A stretch of DNA of 64,000 nucleotides from Polyangia bacterium (GTDB taxonomy: Bacteria; Myxococcota_A; Polyangia; Fen-1088): NCBI GenBank assembly GCA_036494575.1, contig DASXOE010000048.1, forward strand, positions 3,521-67,520, in the 5' to 3' direction. The notes beneath the pieces are model-generated. The model had not been told where the DNA came from. It worked only from the letters and a program-made list of their open reading frames with translations, and did not search any database. Shown in pieces: positions 8,633 to 17,600 of this stretch. Numbering within the stretch: the first letter of the stretch is position 1; every line of letters begins with the position of its first letter. A program made the position numbers and the translations under genes.

Positions 8633-9710
8633 CGCCGACGGCGCCGAGCAACGCGAGCATCGACGCGAGGCCGAGGCCCGAGGCATCGCCCGCTCCGCCC
8701 GCGGCGGCGCATCCGCCCGACGCGCGGCCGTGTGCCACCGCGCCCGTGCCGGCGGCGCCCGCCGTCGCGACGCCGGCGGCGCCCGTCGGGCTGCCCGCGG
8801 CGCCGGTCGCTCCGGCCTCGCCGGAGCCCGCCGCGCCGGTCGCATCGGCGCCTCCCGTCGCGCCGCCCGCGCCCGCGGCGCCGGTCTCGTCGACGGCGCC
8901 GTCCGTCTTGGCCGCGTCGGCAGGAGCGCCGCCGTCGCCCTGCGTGGGCGCTCCGATCTGAGCGTCGGCGAGCGCGTCCGCCTCGGCGAAGTCGTCCAAA
9001 TAGATCGTGTCGGTGAAGTTCGCCACCGACCTGCGATGGAGGCCGGTCTGGAAGAAGAGCGGGTTCGCGTCGGCCTCCGTCTGGGTCTTGTAGTTGGTCA
9101 CGACCTGCTGGCCGTCGAACCAGACGTCGATGATGCCCTTCGTCGGATCGGTCGACCAGTGAACGTGCATGGCGACCTGGTGCCACTTTCCGATCGAGAA
9201 GTCAGCCATCCAGACTTTTGTCGCGCCCAGGCTCCCGCGACCGACGCCGAAGCCGATGGTCGTGCCGCCGCCCGCTTTGGGCTCGACCCAGAAGTCGCTC
9301 ATGTTCACGAAGCTCGAGGCCGACTCCCAGAACGCGAACTCGTTCCTCACGCCGGCGTCGGCGGGCATCATGTAATACCCGGACAGCCACGTGTCCTTGT
9401 TCGCGCCCGTGAGCGTGCTCTGGTGCTGGATGTCGACGCGATTCTGGCCTCCGCTGAAGGTGTCGTCGGGGTGTACGGTGATCTTGCAGGCGAGCGTCCC
9501 CGAGTGGACCTGCTCGCCCAGCACCTCGACGTTCTTGCGGGTGCCCTTCGTGGCGTTGATGCCGGGACTCCACTCGGACAGATCGCCTTTCTCGAAGGTC
9601 GCCGTCCAGACCACCGCGCCATGGGCCGTCCCCGCGACCGGGAGCAGGCCGAAGAGCGCCACCAACAAGACTGAGCACGAGCGAACGAAGCTCTTCATCC
9701 CCATCGACAT
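8610..9710 (-). CDS. Secreted concanavalin-like/polysaccharide-lyase-fold protein with a Gly/Ala-rich linker and a MYXO-CTERM-type sorting tail
   Basis: The start was trimmed to the ATG at 9710 ('MSMGMKSFVRSCSVLLVALFGLLPVAGTAHG' is a signal peptide). The central region 'GQNRVDIQH...FAFWES...WHQVAMHVHWS...IDVWFDG' resembles the heparin-lyase-I-like jelly-roll family; that part of the call is weak. The C-terminus 'GGCAAAGGAGD..LGLASMLALLGAVGVTRRRRG' is MYXO-CTERM-like. Confidence 0.65.
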   Translation of the reverse strand: MSMGMKSFVRSCSVLLVALFGLLPVAGTAHGAVVWTATFEKGDLSEWSPGINATKGTRKNVEVLGEQVHSGTLACKITVHPDDTFSGGQNRVDIQHQSTLTGANKDTWLSGYYMMPADAGVRNEFAFWESASSFVNMSDFWVEPKAGGGTTIGFGVGRGSLGATKVWMADFSIGKWHQVAMHVHWSTDPTKGIIDVWFDGQQVVTNYKTQTEADANPLFFQTGLHRRSVANFTDTIYLDDFAEADALADAQIGAPTQGDGGAPADAAKTDGAVDETGAAGAGGATGGADATGAAGSGEAGATGAAGSPTGAAGVATAGAAGTGAVAHGRASGGCAAAGGAGDASGLGLASMLALLGAVGVTRRRRG

Positions 9711-10045
9711 TCCCGATGCCGGTCGCCGAGAAACGGCTCGCCGCGAACGACGCCGGGCGGCAAACGACGCGCGCCGGCACGAACGGCTCGCCGGCGCAGG
9801 CGCGCGCTTTGGCGCGTCAGGGCAGCGTTCGCGCGCCGGGCTCGAGGTCGGCGAGGTCGGATTCGCGGAGCGCCTTTTCGTCCGTGAAGGCCACGCCGAC
9901 GACGGCCCGCACCTTCCCGCTCGCGTCATGGACCGGCAAGGCGACGAGGCCCCGCGCGCCGACGGCACGCGCGCAGTCCCCCGCCGCCGGCCCTCAGCAT
10001 GACGTCGCTCTATGGGGCGTCGCGCTCGATGTACACTGGGAGCGC

Positions 10046-10747
10046 ATGATGCAGGTCCGTACCGCGCTCAAGCTGGGGCGCGTCTCCAACCTGCCGACGG
10101 TGTGGACGAACGTGCTCGCGGGCGTGGCGCTGGCGGCCCTCGAGCCGACGTGGCGCGCGGTCGTTCCCGTGGCCGTCGCGGTTTCTTTGCTCTATGTCGC
10201 GGGTATGTACCTGAACGACGCCTTCGATCGCGGCTGGGACGCCCAGCACCGGCCCGAGCGGCCCATCCCCGCTGGCGAGGTCGACGCGCGCACGGTGTTT
10301 CTCGCGGGCTTCGCCCTGATGGCGGCCGCGCTCGTGCTCCTCCTCTTCGCGATGAGCGCGCGGGCGTTCGTCGCGGGGCTCGGGCTCGCCGGTTTGATTC
10401 TCCTCTACGACGTCACGCACAAGAAGACCCGGCTCGCCCCGCTCGTCATGGGACTGTGCCGCGTGGCCGTCTACGTCGTCGCCGCCTGCGCGGCCGCGCC
10501 CCGTGTGGCGCCGCCCGTCTACGTGGGCGCGACGTTCTTGTTCTTTTATCTCGTGATGCTGTCGATGGTCGCGCGTGAGGAGACGACGAACCCGAAGCTG
10601 CCCCGCTTGGTCGCGCGGCTCATCGCCGGCATCTCCCTCGTCGACGGCGCACAGCTCCTCGTCATCGGCCATACGTGGCCCGCCCTCGCCTGTGTGGGCG
10701 CCTTCGTCCTCACGCTCGCCCTGCAGAAGCGCGTCGCGGGAACGTAG
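10046..10747 (+). CDS. UbiA-family aromatic prenyltransferase (polytopic membrane protein)
   Basis: The start was trimmed to 'MMQVRTALKLGRVSNLPTVWTN'. It has the Asp-rich motif 'YLNDAFDRGWD' and multiple hydrophobic helices. Confidence 0.8.
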   Translation: MMQVRTALKLGRVSNLPTVWTNVLAGVALAALEPTWRAVVPVAVAVSLLYVAGMYLNDAFDRGWDAQHRPERPIPAGEVDARTVFLAGFALMAAALVLLLFAMSARAFVAGLGLAGLILLYDVTHKKTRLAPLVMGLCRVAVYVVAACAAAPRVAPPVYVGATFLFFYLVMLSMVAREETTNPKLPRLVARLIAGISLVDGAQLLVIGHTWPALACVGAFVLTLALQKRVAGT

Positions 10748-10887
10748 CTAAGCTAAGACGAGAAGACGTGCGAGAGGACCGCGTCCTTGACCTGGCGCGG
10801 GTCCCGACGTGCGTGCGCGGCTCACCCACCCAGAAGGTCGGCTCGACGCCCGCGGCGATGCCCGCGGCGGCCATGGCCTGGTAGTCA

Positions 10888-11544
10888 TCATCCGGCGGTG
10901 CTCAGGATCAACGCCGCGTCGTCGGGCACGGGGCGGGCCGCCGCGCGGCGCTCGGTCGCGTAGGACTCGACCATGCGGCGCAGCTCGGGCGTCACGCGGC
11001 GCGGGAGATCTTGAATGCGCCGAAGCGACACCTCGGAGAACAGACACTTGAGGACCATCTGGTTGAAGGCCTCCTCGGAGAACTGGCGCGCCGGGAACGG
11101 GTTCTCGCACGCGATGGCCTCGACGACCGAGACGGCGTTGCTGCGCACGGCCTCGACGGCCACCGAGACGAAACGCTCGGGCGCGGGCAGGTGAGACAGC
11201 GCGCGCATGACGGCCTGACGCTCGCGCAGATCGCCCGTCGAGTAGAGCTCGTTGATGAGCGCGGCGTGCGCCTCCGGCAGGCGCGCCGCGAGGGCGCCCT
11301 GCAGCAGCAGCGTGCGCCCAAACTCGTCGGCGCCCCAGCCCTCGGGGAAAAACGGCAGACGTCGCTCCTCTTCCGTGGGCGACCCGAGCCGCGCCTGCCC
11401 GAGACGCCGCCCCGCGCCGCTCCACATGATGAGGAACGCGTCGGTCGCCTCACCCTTGGCGCGCACCTTGTGCAGCGCCTGGCGAAACCAGCTCGCGCCC
11501 TCCTCGGGGAGTCGCGACGTGAGGATTGTCTCCAGCGAAGTCAC
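10888..11544 (-). CDS. Hypothetical helical protein (possibly EboA-like; recalled from memory, unverified)
   Basis: The 507-aa track ORF was trimmed to the GTG at 11544 because its upstream half overlaps the SMP-30 gene in another frame. The coding-like sequence is 'LYSTGDLRERQAVMRALSHLP...CENPFPARQFSEEAFNQMVLKCLF'. It is the last gene of a minus-strand operon. Confidence 0.6.
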   Translation of the reverse strand: MTSLETILTSRLPEEGASWFRQALHKVRAKGEATDAFLIMWSGAGRRLGQARLGSPTEEERRLPFFPEGWGADEFGRTLLLQGALAARLPEAHAALINELYSTGDLRERQAVMRALSHLPAPERFVSVAVEAVRSNAVSVVEAIACENPFPARQFSEEAFNQMVLKCLFSEVSLRRIQDLPRRVTPELRRMVESYATERRAAARPVPDDAALILSTAG

Positions 11545-11582
11545 GATCTTGTTCCGCTCGGGCGAACCCGCTCGCCCAACCT

Positions 11583-12506
11583 TTACCCCGCGAAAGGCGT
11601 CTCCGCCACGCCCTTTACGCCCGGGCGCAGCGCGAGCAGGCTGCCCGCGAGCGGCTCCTCGGCGAGCTGGGCCTCCGAGAGCGTCGCGCGCATCGTCGTG
11701 ACGTAGAGGACGTCGAGGCCCGGGCCCCCGAACATGACGCTCGTGCCTCGCGAGACGGGCAGCTCGATGACGCGCTCGAGCTTGCCGTCGGGCGCGTAGC
11801 GCGCGAGCCGGCCGAACATCGGCTGCGCGCTCCACACGTGCCCATCGGCGTCGACCGTGAGGCCGTCGGGGAACGCGCTGTCGTGCGGCTCGAGCGACAC
11901 GAAGACGCGCCGGTTCGAGACGTTGCCCGTCGCCGCGTCGAAGTCGTAGGCGAAGATGCGGTGCCGGAAGCTCTCCGTGAAGTACATCGTCTTGCTGTCT
12001 GGGCTCCAGCCGAGGCCGTTCGAGCAGCAGATGCCCTCCTCGACGCGCACGGGATTCAGATCGGGGCCGAGGCGGTAGAGGCTGCCGATGGGGTGATCCC
12101 ACTCGACGTCGCCCATCGTGCCGCCCCACATCCGCCCCTGGCGATCCGTCTTGCCGTCGTTGAAGCGATTGCCCGGCTTGTCGGGCTCGGGCTCGGCGAG
12201 CTTCTCGAGCTTGCCGGTCCGGGGATCGAAGAACGCGAAGCTGTTGCGCAGCGTGAGGATGAGCCCCGCGCCCGCGCGTGCGCGCGGCGCTATCGACGTC
12301 ACGAGCTCCGGCAGGTCGAAGCTCTGGTTCGAGCCGTCCGCCGGATTGAAGACGTTGAGCTGCTTTCCGACGATGTCCGCCCAGTAGAGCCGCTGATCGG
12401 CGACGGACCACACGGGTCCCTCGCCGATCAGCGCTTTCGCCGAGAGCACGCAGCTGACGTCGCTGCGCGTCGGCTTGACCCCATGATCGAGGTTGGTTCG
12501 ATTCAT
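11583..12506 (-). CDS. SMP-30/gluconolactonase/LRE-family lactonase (paralog 1)
   Basis: 'IGEGPVWSVADQRLYWADI', 'NRFNDGKTDRQGRMW', 'SNGLGWSPD', 'PDGLTVDADGHVW' and 'FGGPGLDVLYVTT' are the six-bladed propeller signature blocks. Confidence 0.85.
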   Translation of the reverse strand: MNRTNLDHGVKPTRSDVSCVLSAKALIGEGPVWSVADQRLYWADIVGKQLNVFNPADGSNQSFDLPELVTSIAPRARAGAGLILTLRNSFAFFDPRTGKLEKLAEPEPDKPGNRFNDGKTDRQGRMWGGTMGDVEWDHPIGSLYRLGPDLNPVRVEEGICCSNGLGWSPDSKTMYFTESFRHRIFAYDFDAATGNVSNRRVFVSLEPHDSAFPDGLTVDADGHVWSAQPMFGRLARYAPDGKLERVIELPVSRGTSVMFGGPGLDVLYVTTMRATLSEAQLAEEPLAGSLLALRPGVKGVAETPFAG

Positions 12507-12516
12507 GGGTCGCGGG

Positions 12517-13857
12517 CTAGACGAGCCGTTCGGGCTTGAAGCCGCCCTTGGACTTGTCACGCAGCCAGATACCGCCGAAGACGATGAGCAGGATGGCCGG
12601 AAGGATCGCGACGACGCGGAACGACTGGGCGGCGGCGGCGTTGTCGATGGCCGTCCGCGCTGCGTCCGTGAGGGCCTTGTAGGCCTCGGGGCTGCCCGCG
12701 GCCTTGATCTTCGCGTCGTCGAAGATCTTCCCCATCTGCGGCAGCACGAAATAGATCGACAGCGATCCCGCCGAGCCGACGAGGCCCATGAGGAAGGCGC
12801 CTCCCTTCGGATAGCGCTCCGACACGGAGGCGAGCATCGTCGGCCACATGTAGCATACGCCCGTGCCCCAGATCGTCGCCGTGAGGAAGCCCGTGACGGG
12901 CGAGTTCGCGTTCGACAGCGCGAACAAGCCCACGGAGGCGAGCAGGCACGAGAAGAACAGCAGGCCCACCGACGAGAGCTTGTGGACCATGGTGCCCGCG
13001 AAATGTCGCATCACGAACATGAGGCCGGCGACGTAGACCTGCAGGAGGATGCCGCGCATACCGACGGTGTTCGAGAGAGACAGGTCGACCCACTGCCCCG
13101 GCGCGAGCTCGGCCGCCGAGGTGAGGAACATCGCGAGGAACCACAGGATGAAGCCGGGGCGCAGCGCCTCCTTGTACATGTCCGTCGTCGTGACGCCCGC
13201 GGCGACGCGCTCCGTCTTGGGGAACGTCGTCCCCATGAGCAGCACGAGGATCCCGACCGCCGGGATGAGGAGCAGACCGAACTCGACGCGCCATCCGAGG
13301 CCGATCTTGCTGGCGCCATAGCCGAGCAGACCGCCGACGATCATCCCGAACGGCCACCAGGCGTGCAGCACGTTGAGCCGGTGCACCTTGTCCTCGGGGT
13401 AGATGGCGGTCGTGAGCGGGTTGATGACAGTCTCCGAGCAGCCCCACCCGAAGCCGTTGATGAACATGCCAATGCCGACGATCGTGGCCGCGCCCGGGCC
13501 GGAGGCCAGCCGGTCGGCCCCGATGACCAGCAGCGGTCCGACGATGTAGCTGAGGCCGCACATCCCGGTCATGTTGCGCATGCCGATCGCGTCGACCATG
13601 GCGCTGCCGAGGAACACCCAGAACGCGAACCCCAGGAAGGCGTAGCTCAGCACGTTGCCCACCATCGTCGCCGACGTCAGCGGGTTGATCGGGTCGAAGA
13701 GCTCCGTCTTGAGGTCGCTGGCGATGCTCGTGCGCAGCGCGAAGCTCATACTGGTCGTCGCGAGGCACAGACAACACAGGACGAAAAGCTTGCGGACGTT
13801 GATTCCGGCGTGGCTAGGCGCCACGGCGGACGTTGGAATTGCGTTTGTCGACTCCAT
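12517..13857 (-). CDS. MFS transporter (sugar/H+ symporter-like, FucP/GluP-type)
   Basis: The ATG at 13857 is preceded by 'AGAGGGGAGA'. About 12 hydrophobic segments are visible, plus the 'GMFINGFGWG' and 'LHAWWPFGMIVG' blocks. The stop lies 10 nt upstream of the lactonase start. Confidence 0.85.
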   Translation of the reverse strand: MESTNAIPTSAVAPSHAGINVRKLFVLCCLCLATTSMSFALRTSIASDLKTELFDPINPLTSATMVGNVLSYAFLGFAFWVFLGSAMVDAIGMRNMTGMCGLSYIVGPLLVIGADRLASGPGAATIVGIGMFINGFGWGCSETVINPLTTAIYPEDKVHRLNVLHAWWPFGMIVGGLLGYGASKIGLGWRVEFGLLLIPAVGILVLLMGTTFPKTERVAAGVTTTDMYKEALRPGFILWFLAMFLTSAAELAPGQWVDLSLSNTVGMRGILLQVYVAGLMFVMRHFAGTMVHKLSSVGLLFFSCLLASVGLFALSNANSPVTGFLTATIWGTGVCYMWPTMLASVSERYPKGGAFLMGLVGSAGSLSIYFVLPQMGKIFDDAKIKAAGSPEAYKALTDAARTAIDNAAAAQSFRVVAILPAILLIVFGGIWLRDKSKGGFKPERLV

Positions 13858-14106
13858 GAGTCTCCCCTCTTCGCTGTTGGATGAATTCAGGGCAACAGAA
13901 CGGCAAAACGGACTGGTTCCGAAGGTCCAGCGCAAGTCAGGACGCCATCGTTGACGGATGGCCCTTTTCCCGCGGTTTCGGCGACTTCGGGGCCGACATT
14001 ACCCCATTCGGGCCGGGAGGCAACCGCTACGTGAAGGTCCCCTCGGGCGTCGTCCGAACTTCTGCGAACCGCGGATTTTTGGGCCTGATTCGCGACGCTT
14101 CGACGT

Positions 14107-15342
14107 CTACTTTAGATCCGTCTCGGACTCGTTCATGATCTTGATGCTCGAGACGTTCACGCCGCAGGGCGGAAACTCGTTGGGCGTGAAGAAGTTGTCC
14201 GAGAGCCTCGAGTAGTAGTTCTCGCCGTCCTTGAGCGTCGTGTCGTCGGCGGCCGGGATGGGCACGGAGATCTTTTGCGGCAACACCTCGCCGCGCAGGC
14301 CTTCGATGGTGGCCTTGATGGCGATGGCCGACAACCCGGGCGAGTCGCCGAGCGACAGGCCCTTGCCGCCCTGGCTCGCCCACTTCGCGATGAGCTTGCG
14401 CGCGCCGTTCTCGGCCTCGGTGGCAACGGGGATGGGCTTGTGGCCCGCCTCGATGAGCGCGCGGATGGCGCCCGTCGAACCGCCCTGCACCATCATGGCG
14501 TCGAACTTGTGATGGGCGGCGACGGCTTGCGCGACGGCGCGCTGCGCTTTGGCGTCGTCCCAGCTGCCCACGACCTCGAAGATCTCGTACCGCTTTCCTT
14601 TGGCCCCGAGGACCGCGCGGAAGGCCTGATGGCGATCGCGCTCCGTCGAGTTGCCCTCGAGGCCGCGCACCTCGAGCACCTTGCCCTTGCCGCCCAGCTG
14701 CTTGTCGATGAACTCGCCCCATTGGCGGCCCATCGATCCCTGATCCTCGTTCACCTCGAGGACCTTGTCGGTGTCGAGGATGCCGTCGAAGGGCACGATG
14801 AGGACGTTGCGCTTGTTGGCGAGCTCGATGACGTGATCGAACCCGCGCGGGCTCACCGCGAGCGTCACGATGCCGTCGAAGCCCTGGCGGATGAAGTCCT
14901 CGATGGCCGCGAGCTGCGCGTCGAGGTTCGTGCCCGTGGAGACGACCTTGAACTCCTTGATGAGCGGCGCGACGCTCGGATCCTTCGCGAAGGCCTTGGC
15001 GGTCTTCACCATCTGGATGCGCCAGGCGTTGCCGACGAAGCCGTTGACGAGCGCGATGCGAAAAGGCGGCTGGCGCGCTGGCCACTTGAGAAATTTCGTG
15101 TCCTTCGACCAGGGCGCGAAGCACTCGGGCAGCGTCCCCGGGCCGGGCACGACCTTGGGCCCGGTGCCGTCGACGACGGGCGTCGAGCTCGGCGCCGCGC
15201 CCGGGGCGGGCGCGGACGCGTCCCCGACGCCGAGGAGCTCCATGACCTTGTCGCACCCGCTCGCGCTCGGAAGCCCGATCGCGATGAGGAGGCCCAGTGC
15301 GCTTCGAACACCCTCGCCTGCGCGGAGCTTGCGGTTCGGCAT
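14107..15342 (-). CDS. Periplasmic-binding-protein type I sugar-binding lipoprotein (ABC-type SBP fold) with no cognate permease or ATPase in the window
   Basis: The ATG at 15342 is preceded by 'AAAGGGGA'. The lipobox is 'LPSASGC'. 'IALVNGFVGNAWR', 'DGIVTLAVSP' and 'VPFDG' are typical of ribose/xylose-type SBPs. Confidence 0.85.
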   Translation of the reverse strand: MPNRKLRAGEGVRSALGLLIAIGLPSASGCDKVMELLGVGDASAPAPGAAPSSTPVVDGTGPKVVPGPGTLPECFAPWSKDTKFLKWPARQPPFRIALVNGFVGNAWRIQMVKTAKAFAKDPSVAPLIKEFKVVSTGTNLDAQLAAIEDFIRQGFDGIVTLAVSPRGFDHVIELANKRNVLIVPFDGILDTDKVLEVNEDQGSMGRQWGEFIDKQLGGKGKVLEVRGLEGNSTERDRHQAFRAVLGAKGKRYEIFEVVGSWDDAKAQRAVAQAVAAHHKFDAMMVQGGSTGAIRALIEAGHKPIPVATEAENGARKLIAKWASQGGKGLSLGDSPGLSAIAIKATIEGLRGEVLPQKISVPIPAADDTTLKDGENYYSRLSDNFFTPNEFPPCGVNVSSIKIMNESETDLK

Positions 15343-15361
15343 GTCGCTGTCCCCTTTCGGC

Positions 15362-16252
15362 TTAGAGCGCGAACAGGTTCGCTGGAACGCCTTGTACATC
15401 GTCGAGCTCGATCGCGTAAAGCGACCCCGCGCAGACGTCTTGCCGGTCTTCGTCGGGAGACGACATGAGATACCGCGCCGAGGTCACGAACAAGGTCCGC
15501 AGGTCGGGCCCACCGAAGGTCGGGCAGCTCGGCCGGCTCACGGGCAGCTCGAGCACGCGCTCGATCTCGCCCGTCGGGGCGTAGCGCACGACGCGGTGCC
15601 CTCCCCACTCGGCGTTCCACAGGTAGCCTTCGCTGTCCGTGCAGCTGCCGTCGGGCACGCCCTTGTCGGTGCGCGCGAGCGGCTGCCACGTCGTGGGCAG
15701 GCCGCCGCCGTCGAGCGTCGTCCACTCGATGACCTTCGTCATGGAGTCGGCGAAGTACATGCGGTTGCGAGCCTGATCGAAGCAGATCGAGTTGCTCACG
15801 CCGATGCCGTCGCGCACGGCGCGCGCCTTGCCGTCGCCCGTGACGCACCAGAGCCGGCCGTTCCTGGCCTCCTCGTCATGCTGCATCGAGCCCACCCAGA
15901 AGCGACCCGCGCCGTCGACCTTGCCGTCGTTGAGCCGGTTCGCGGGCCGATCGCCCTCGAGGACCGCGACCTCCTCGAGCGACGCGAGCCCGCGCGCCGG
16001 GTCGAACCAGATGATCCGATCCTGGTGCGTGGCGATGAGGCCGCCCGAGCGGCACTCCGCGAGCGAGCCCGTGAAGCGCTCGAGCTGCCAAGACTCGAAA
16101 GACGTCTCGCGAGAGGCGCCGCCGCGCCGCGGTCGGTACCCGTGGACGCGGCGCGAGACGATGTCGACGAAGTAAAGGCGCTGCTCGCGCTCAGACCAGA
16201 CGGGGCCCTCGCCGAGAACGCAAGGCGGGACGTCGAGCTTTTCGATGCGCAA
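15362..16252 (-). CDS. SMP-30/gluconolactonase/LRE-family lactonase (paralog 2)
   Basis: 'LGEGPVWSEREQRLYFVDI', 'NRLNDGKVDGAGRFW', 'VPDGSCTDSEGYLW' and 'FGGPDLRTLFVTS'. Confidence 0.85.
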   Translation of the reverse strand: MRIEKLDVPPCVLGEGPVWSEREQRLYFVDIVSRRVHGYRPRRGGASRETSFESWQLERFTGSLAECRSGGLIATHQDRIIWFDPARGLASLEEVAVLEGDRPANRLNDGKVDGAGRFWVGSMQHDEEARNGRLWCVTGDGKARAVRDGIGVSNSICFDQARNRMYFADSMTKVIEWTTLDGGGLPTTWQPLARTDKGVPDGSCTDSEGYLWNAEWGGHRVVRYAPTGEIERVLELPVSRPSCPTFGGPDLRTLFVTSARYLMSSPDEDRQDVCAGSLYAIELDDVQGVPANLFAL

Positions 16253-16279
16253 GAACGCTCCAGAGCGGCGCGCGGAGAC

Positions 16280-17554
16280 CTACCAGAAGTAGTTGACGCC
16301 CACGCCCCCGAAATTCATGTTCTGGAGCTCGCCGTAGTGCCACTTCGACGTCCAGCGCATGTACTCGGCGGTGAAGACGATCGTGTCCATCTTGTGCGAC
16401 AGGACGGCGTGGAACTCCTGGTTCTGGGCAAGGATGCTGTAGGCGCTCGTGATCTTGTCGTCGGCCGTGGGGCGGACGAAGAGGGCCCCGCCACCGACGG
16501 CCAGCGCCGTCCCCTGGTAATCGTAGGCCACGTTTCCGAAGAAGCCCCGGAAGAGGCGCGTCTCCCCCGTCCCGTCGAAGGCGATCGGGTAGGTCGGGTC
16601 TTCGGTCTCCAGAGGCACGTGCGTGCCGATGCCAGCGCCGGTCCAGCCGCCGCCAGCCACCGTCAAGCCAGCGACGTCGACGATCCCCGCGCCCATGACA
16701 CCCCAGACGTTGAGCTTCTGCATGGTGGCGTCTTGCTTCTCGGGCTGGTCGGACATGCCCTGGCCGATGAGGCGCAGGCGGGTCGCTCCGAACGTATGGT
16801 CGTAGCTGAGCTCGGCGTCGATACGCGGGACCGGCGTCAGGAGGTAGTTGGTCTGCGAACGGGTCGGGTCCACGACGGCGACCTGAAGCTGGAAGCCGCC
16901 GATGCGCGGCGAGATGTAGCGCATCTGCGCGTCGAAGCCCGCGTACAGCGGACCGGCGCCGACGGACCCGCATCCGATGACGGACGAGCTCAACGTGCAG
17001 GGGTTGCCCACACCAAAGCGGTAGGCGATGAGGACGACCTCGGCCGAAGCCGATCCGAAGATGGAGAACATGCGTCCGAACTTCAGAGAGCCGTACGGGG
17101 TCACGAGCGACGCCCAGGCCTCGCGGAAGTCGACCCCCTTGGACGGAGACTGGCCGCGGTCGCTGCTGATGTCCTCGAGGTTGACGGCCATGAGCGATTC
17201 CACGTGCACCTGGTCGCTGATCCTGCGATTGACGCCAAAGCCAATCTGGGTTCCCACGAAGCCGCTGCGCAGGCGGGAGAGCGTGACGGTCGGCGCCCCG
17301 CTGCCTGACGTCTGCACTTGCGAAGTCAGGAACTTCCCCCCGAGCAACACGCCTCCCTGTGGATTCAGCGAGGACGGATCTCCGTCGCCCGTCGTCAGCT
17401 GATAATGCGCGGCGATGAGCCCGGTCGTATAGATGCTCCAGCCGTTGTCGTCGAAGAACGTCACGTTGGCGGCGGCGCGACCGGAGCTGAGGAAGACGGC
17501 GGCGAGCGCCATCGCAGAGGCGAGCCTGAGGGTCGATGCGCGGAGTCGTCTCAT
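16280..17554 (-). CDS. Outer-membrane beta-barrel porin-like protein
   Basis: The start was trimmed to 'MRRLRASTLRLASAMALAAVFLSSGRAAA' (signal peptide). Amphipathic beta-strand patterns alternate throughout. The C-terminus '...GGVGVNYFW' ends in aromatic residues, as in OMPs. Confidence 0.65.
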   Translation of the reverse strand: MRRLRASTLRLASAMALAAVFLSSGRAAANVTFFDDNGWSIYTTGLIAAHYQLTTGDGDPSSLNPQGGVLLGGKFLTSQVQTSGSGAPTVTLSRLRSGFVGTQIGFGVNRRISDQVHVESLMAVNLEDISSDRGQSPSKGVDFREAWASLVTPYGSLKFGRMFSIFGSASAEVVLIAYRFGVGNPCTLSSSVIGCGSVGAGPLYAGFDAQMRYISPRIGGFQLQVAVVDPTRSQTNYLLTPVPRIDAELSYDHTFGATRLRLIGQGMSDQPEKQDATMQKLNVWGVMGAGIVDVAGLTVAGGGWTGAGIGTHVPLETEDPTYPIAFDGTGETRLFRGFFGNVAYDYQGTALAVGGGALFVRPTADDKITSAYSILAQNQEFHAVLSHKMDTIVFTAEYMRWTSKWHYGELQNMNFGGVGVNYFW

Positions 17555-17570
17555 CGTGCTTCTCACCCTT

Positions 17571-17600
17571 TCTGACCTTGTCTGACGTTGTCTGATCTTC
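17571..17600 (-). promoter_or_regulatory. Three phased 10-bp direct repeats (gene strand: ATCAGACAAC / GTCAGACAAG / GTCAGAAAGG) in the leader just upstream of the porin RBS
   Basis: Read directly. The plus strand is tctgaccttg tctgacgttg tctgatcttc at 17571-17600, 17 nt from the start codon at 17554. Confidence 0.3.

Noticed and set aside
9716-10045. The upstream 110 codons of the 343-aa ORF that contains the UbiA gene.
   Set aside because: The translation is Arg/Ala/Ser-rich with no hydrophobic helices. The UbiA fold begins at 'MMQVRTALKLGRVSNLP' (10046), so the extension is treated as non-coding.
11545-12411. The N-terminal 289 codons of the 507-aa ORF 10888-12411, and likewise the N-terminal 230 codons of the 773-aa ORF 56102-58423.
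   Set aside because: Both upstream halves overlap, in another frame, genes with clear identity (the SMP-30 lactonase and the TPR-like membrane protein), and both are low-complexity Arg/Gly-rich. The downstream halves begin with sensible starts next to the upstream gene's stop: a GTG at 11544, 39 nt downstream of the lactonase stop, and an ATG at 57733 that overlaps the upstream stop and is followed by a lipobox signal.
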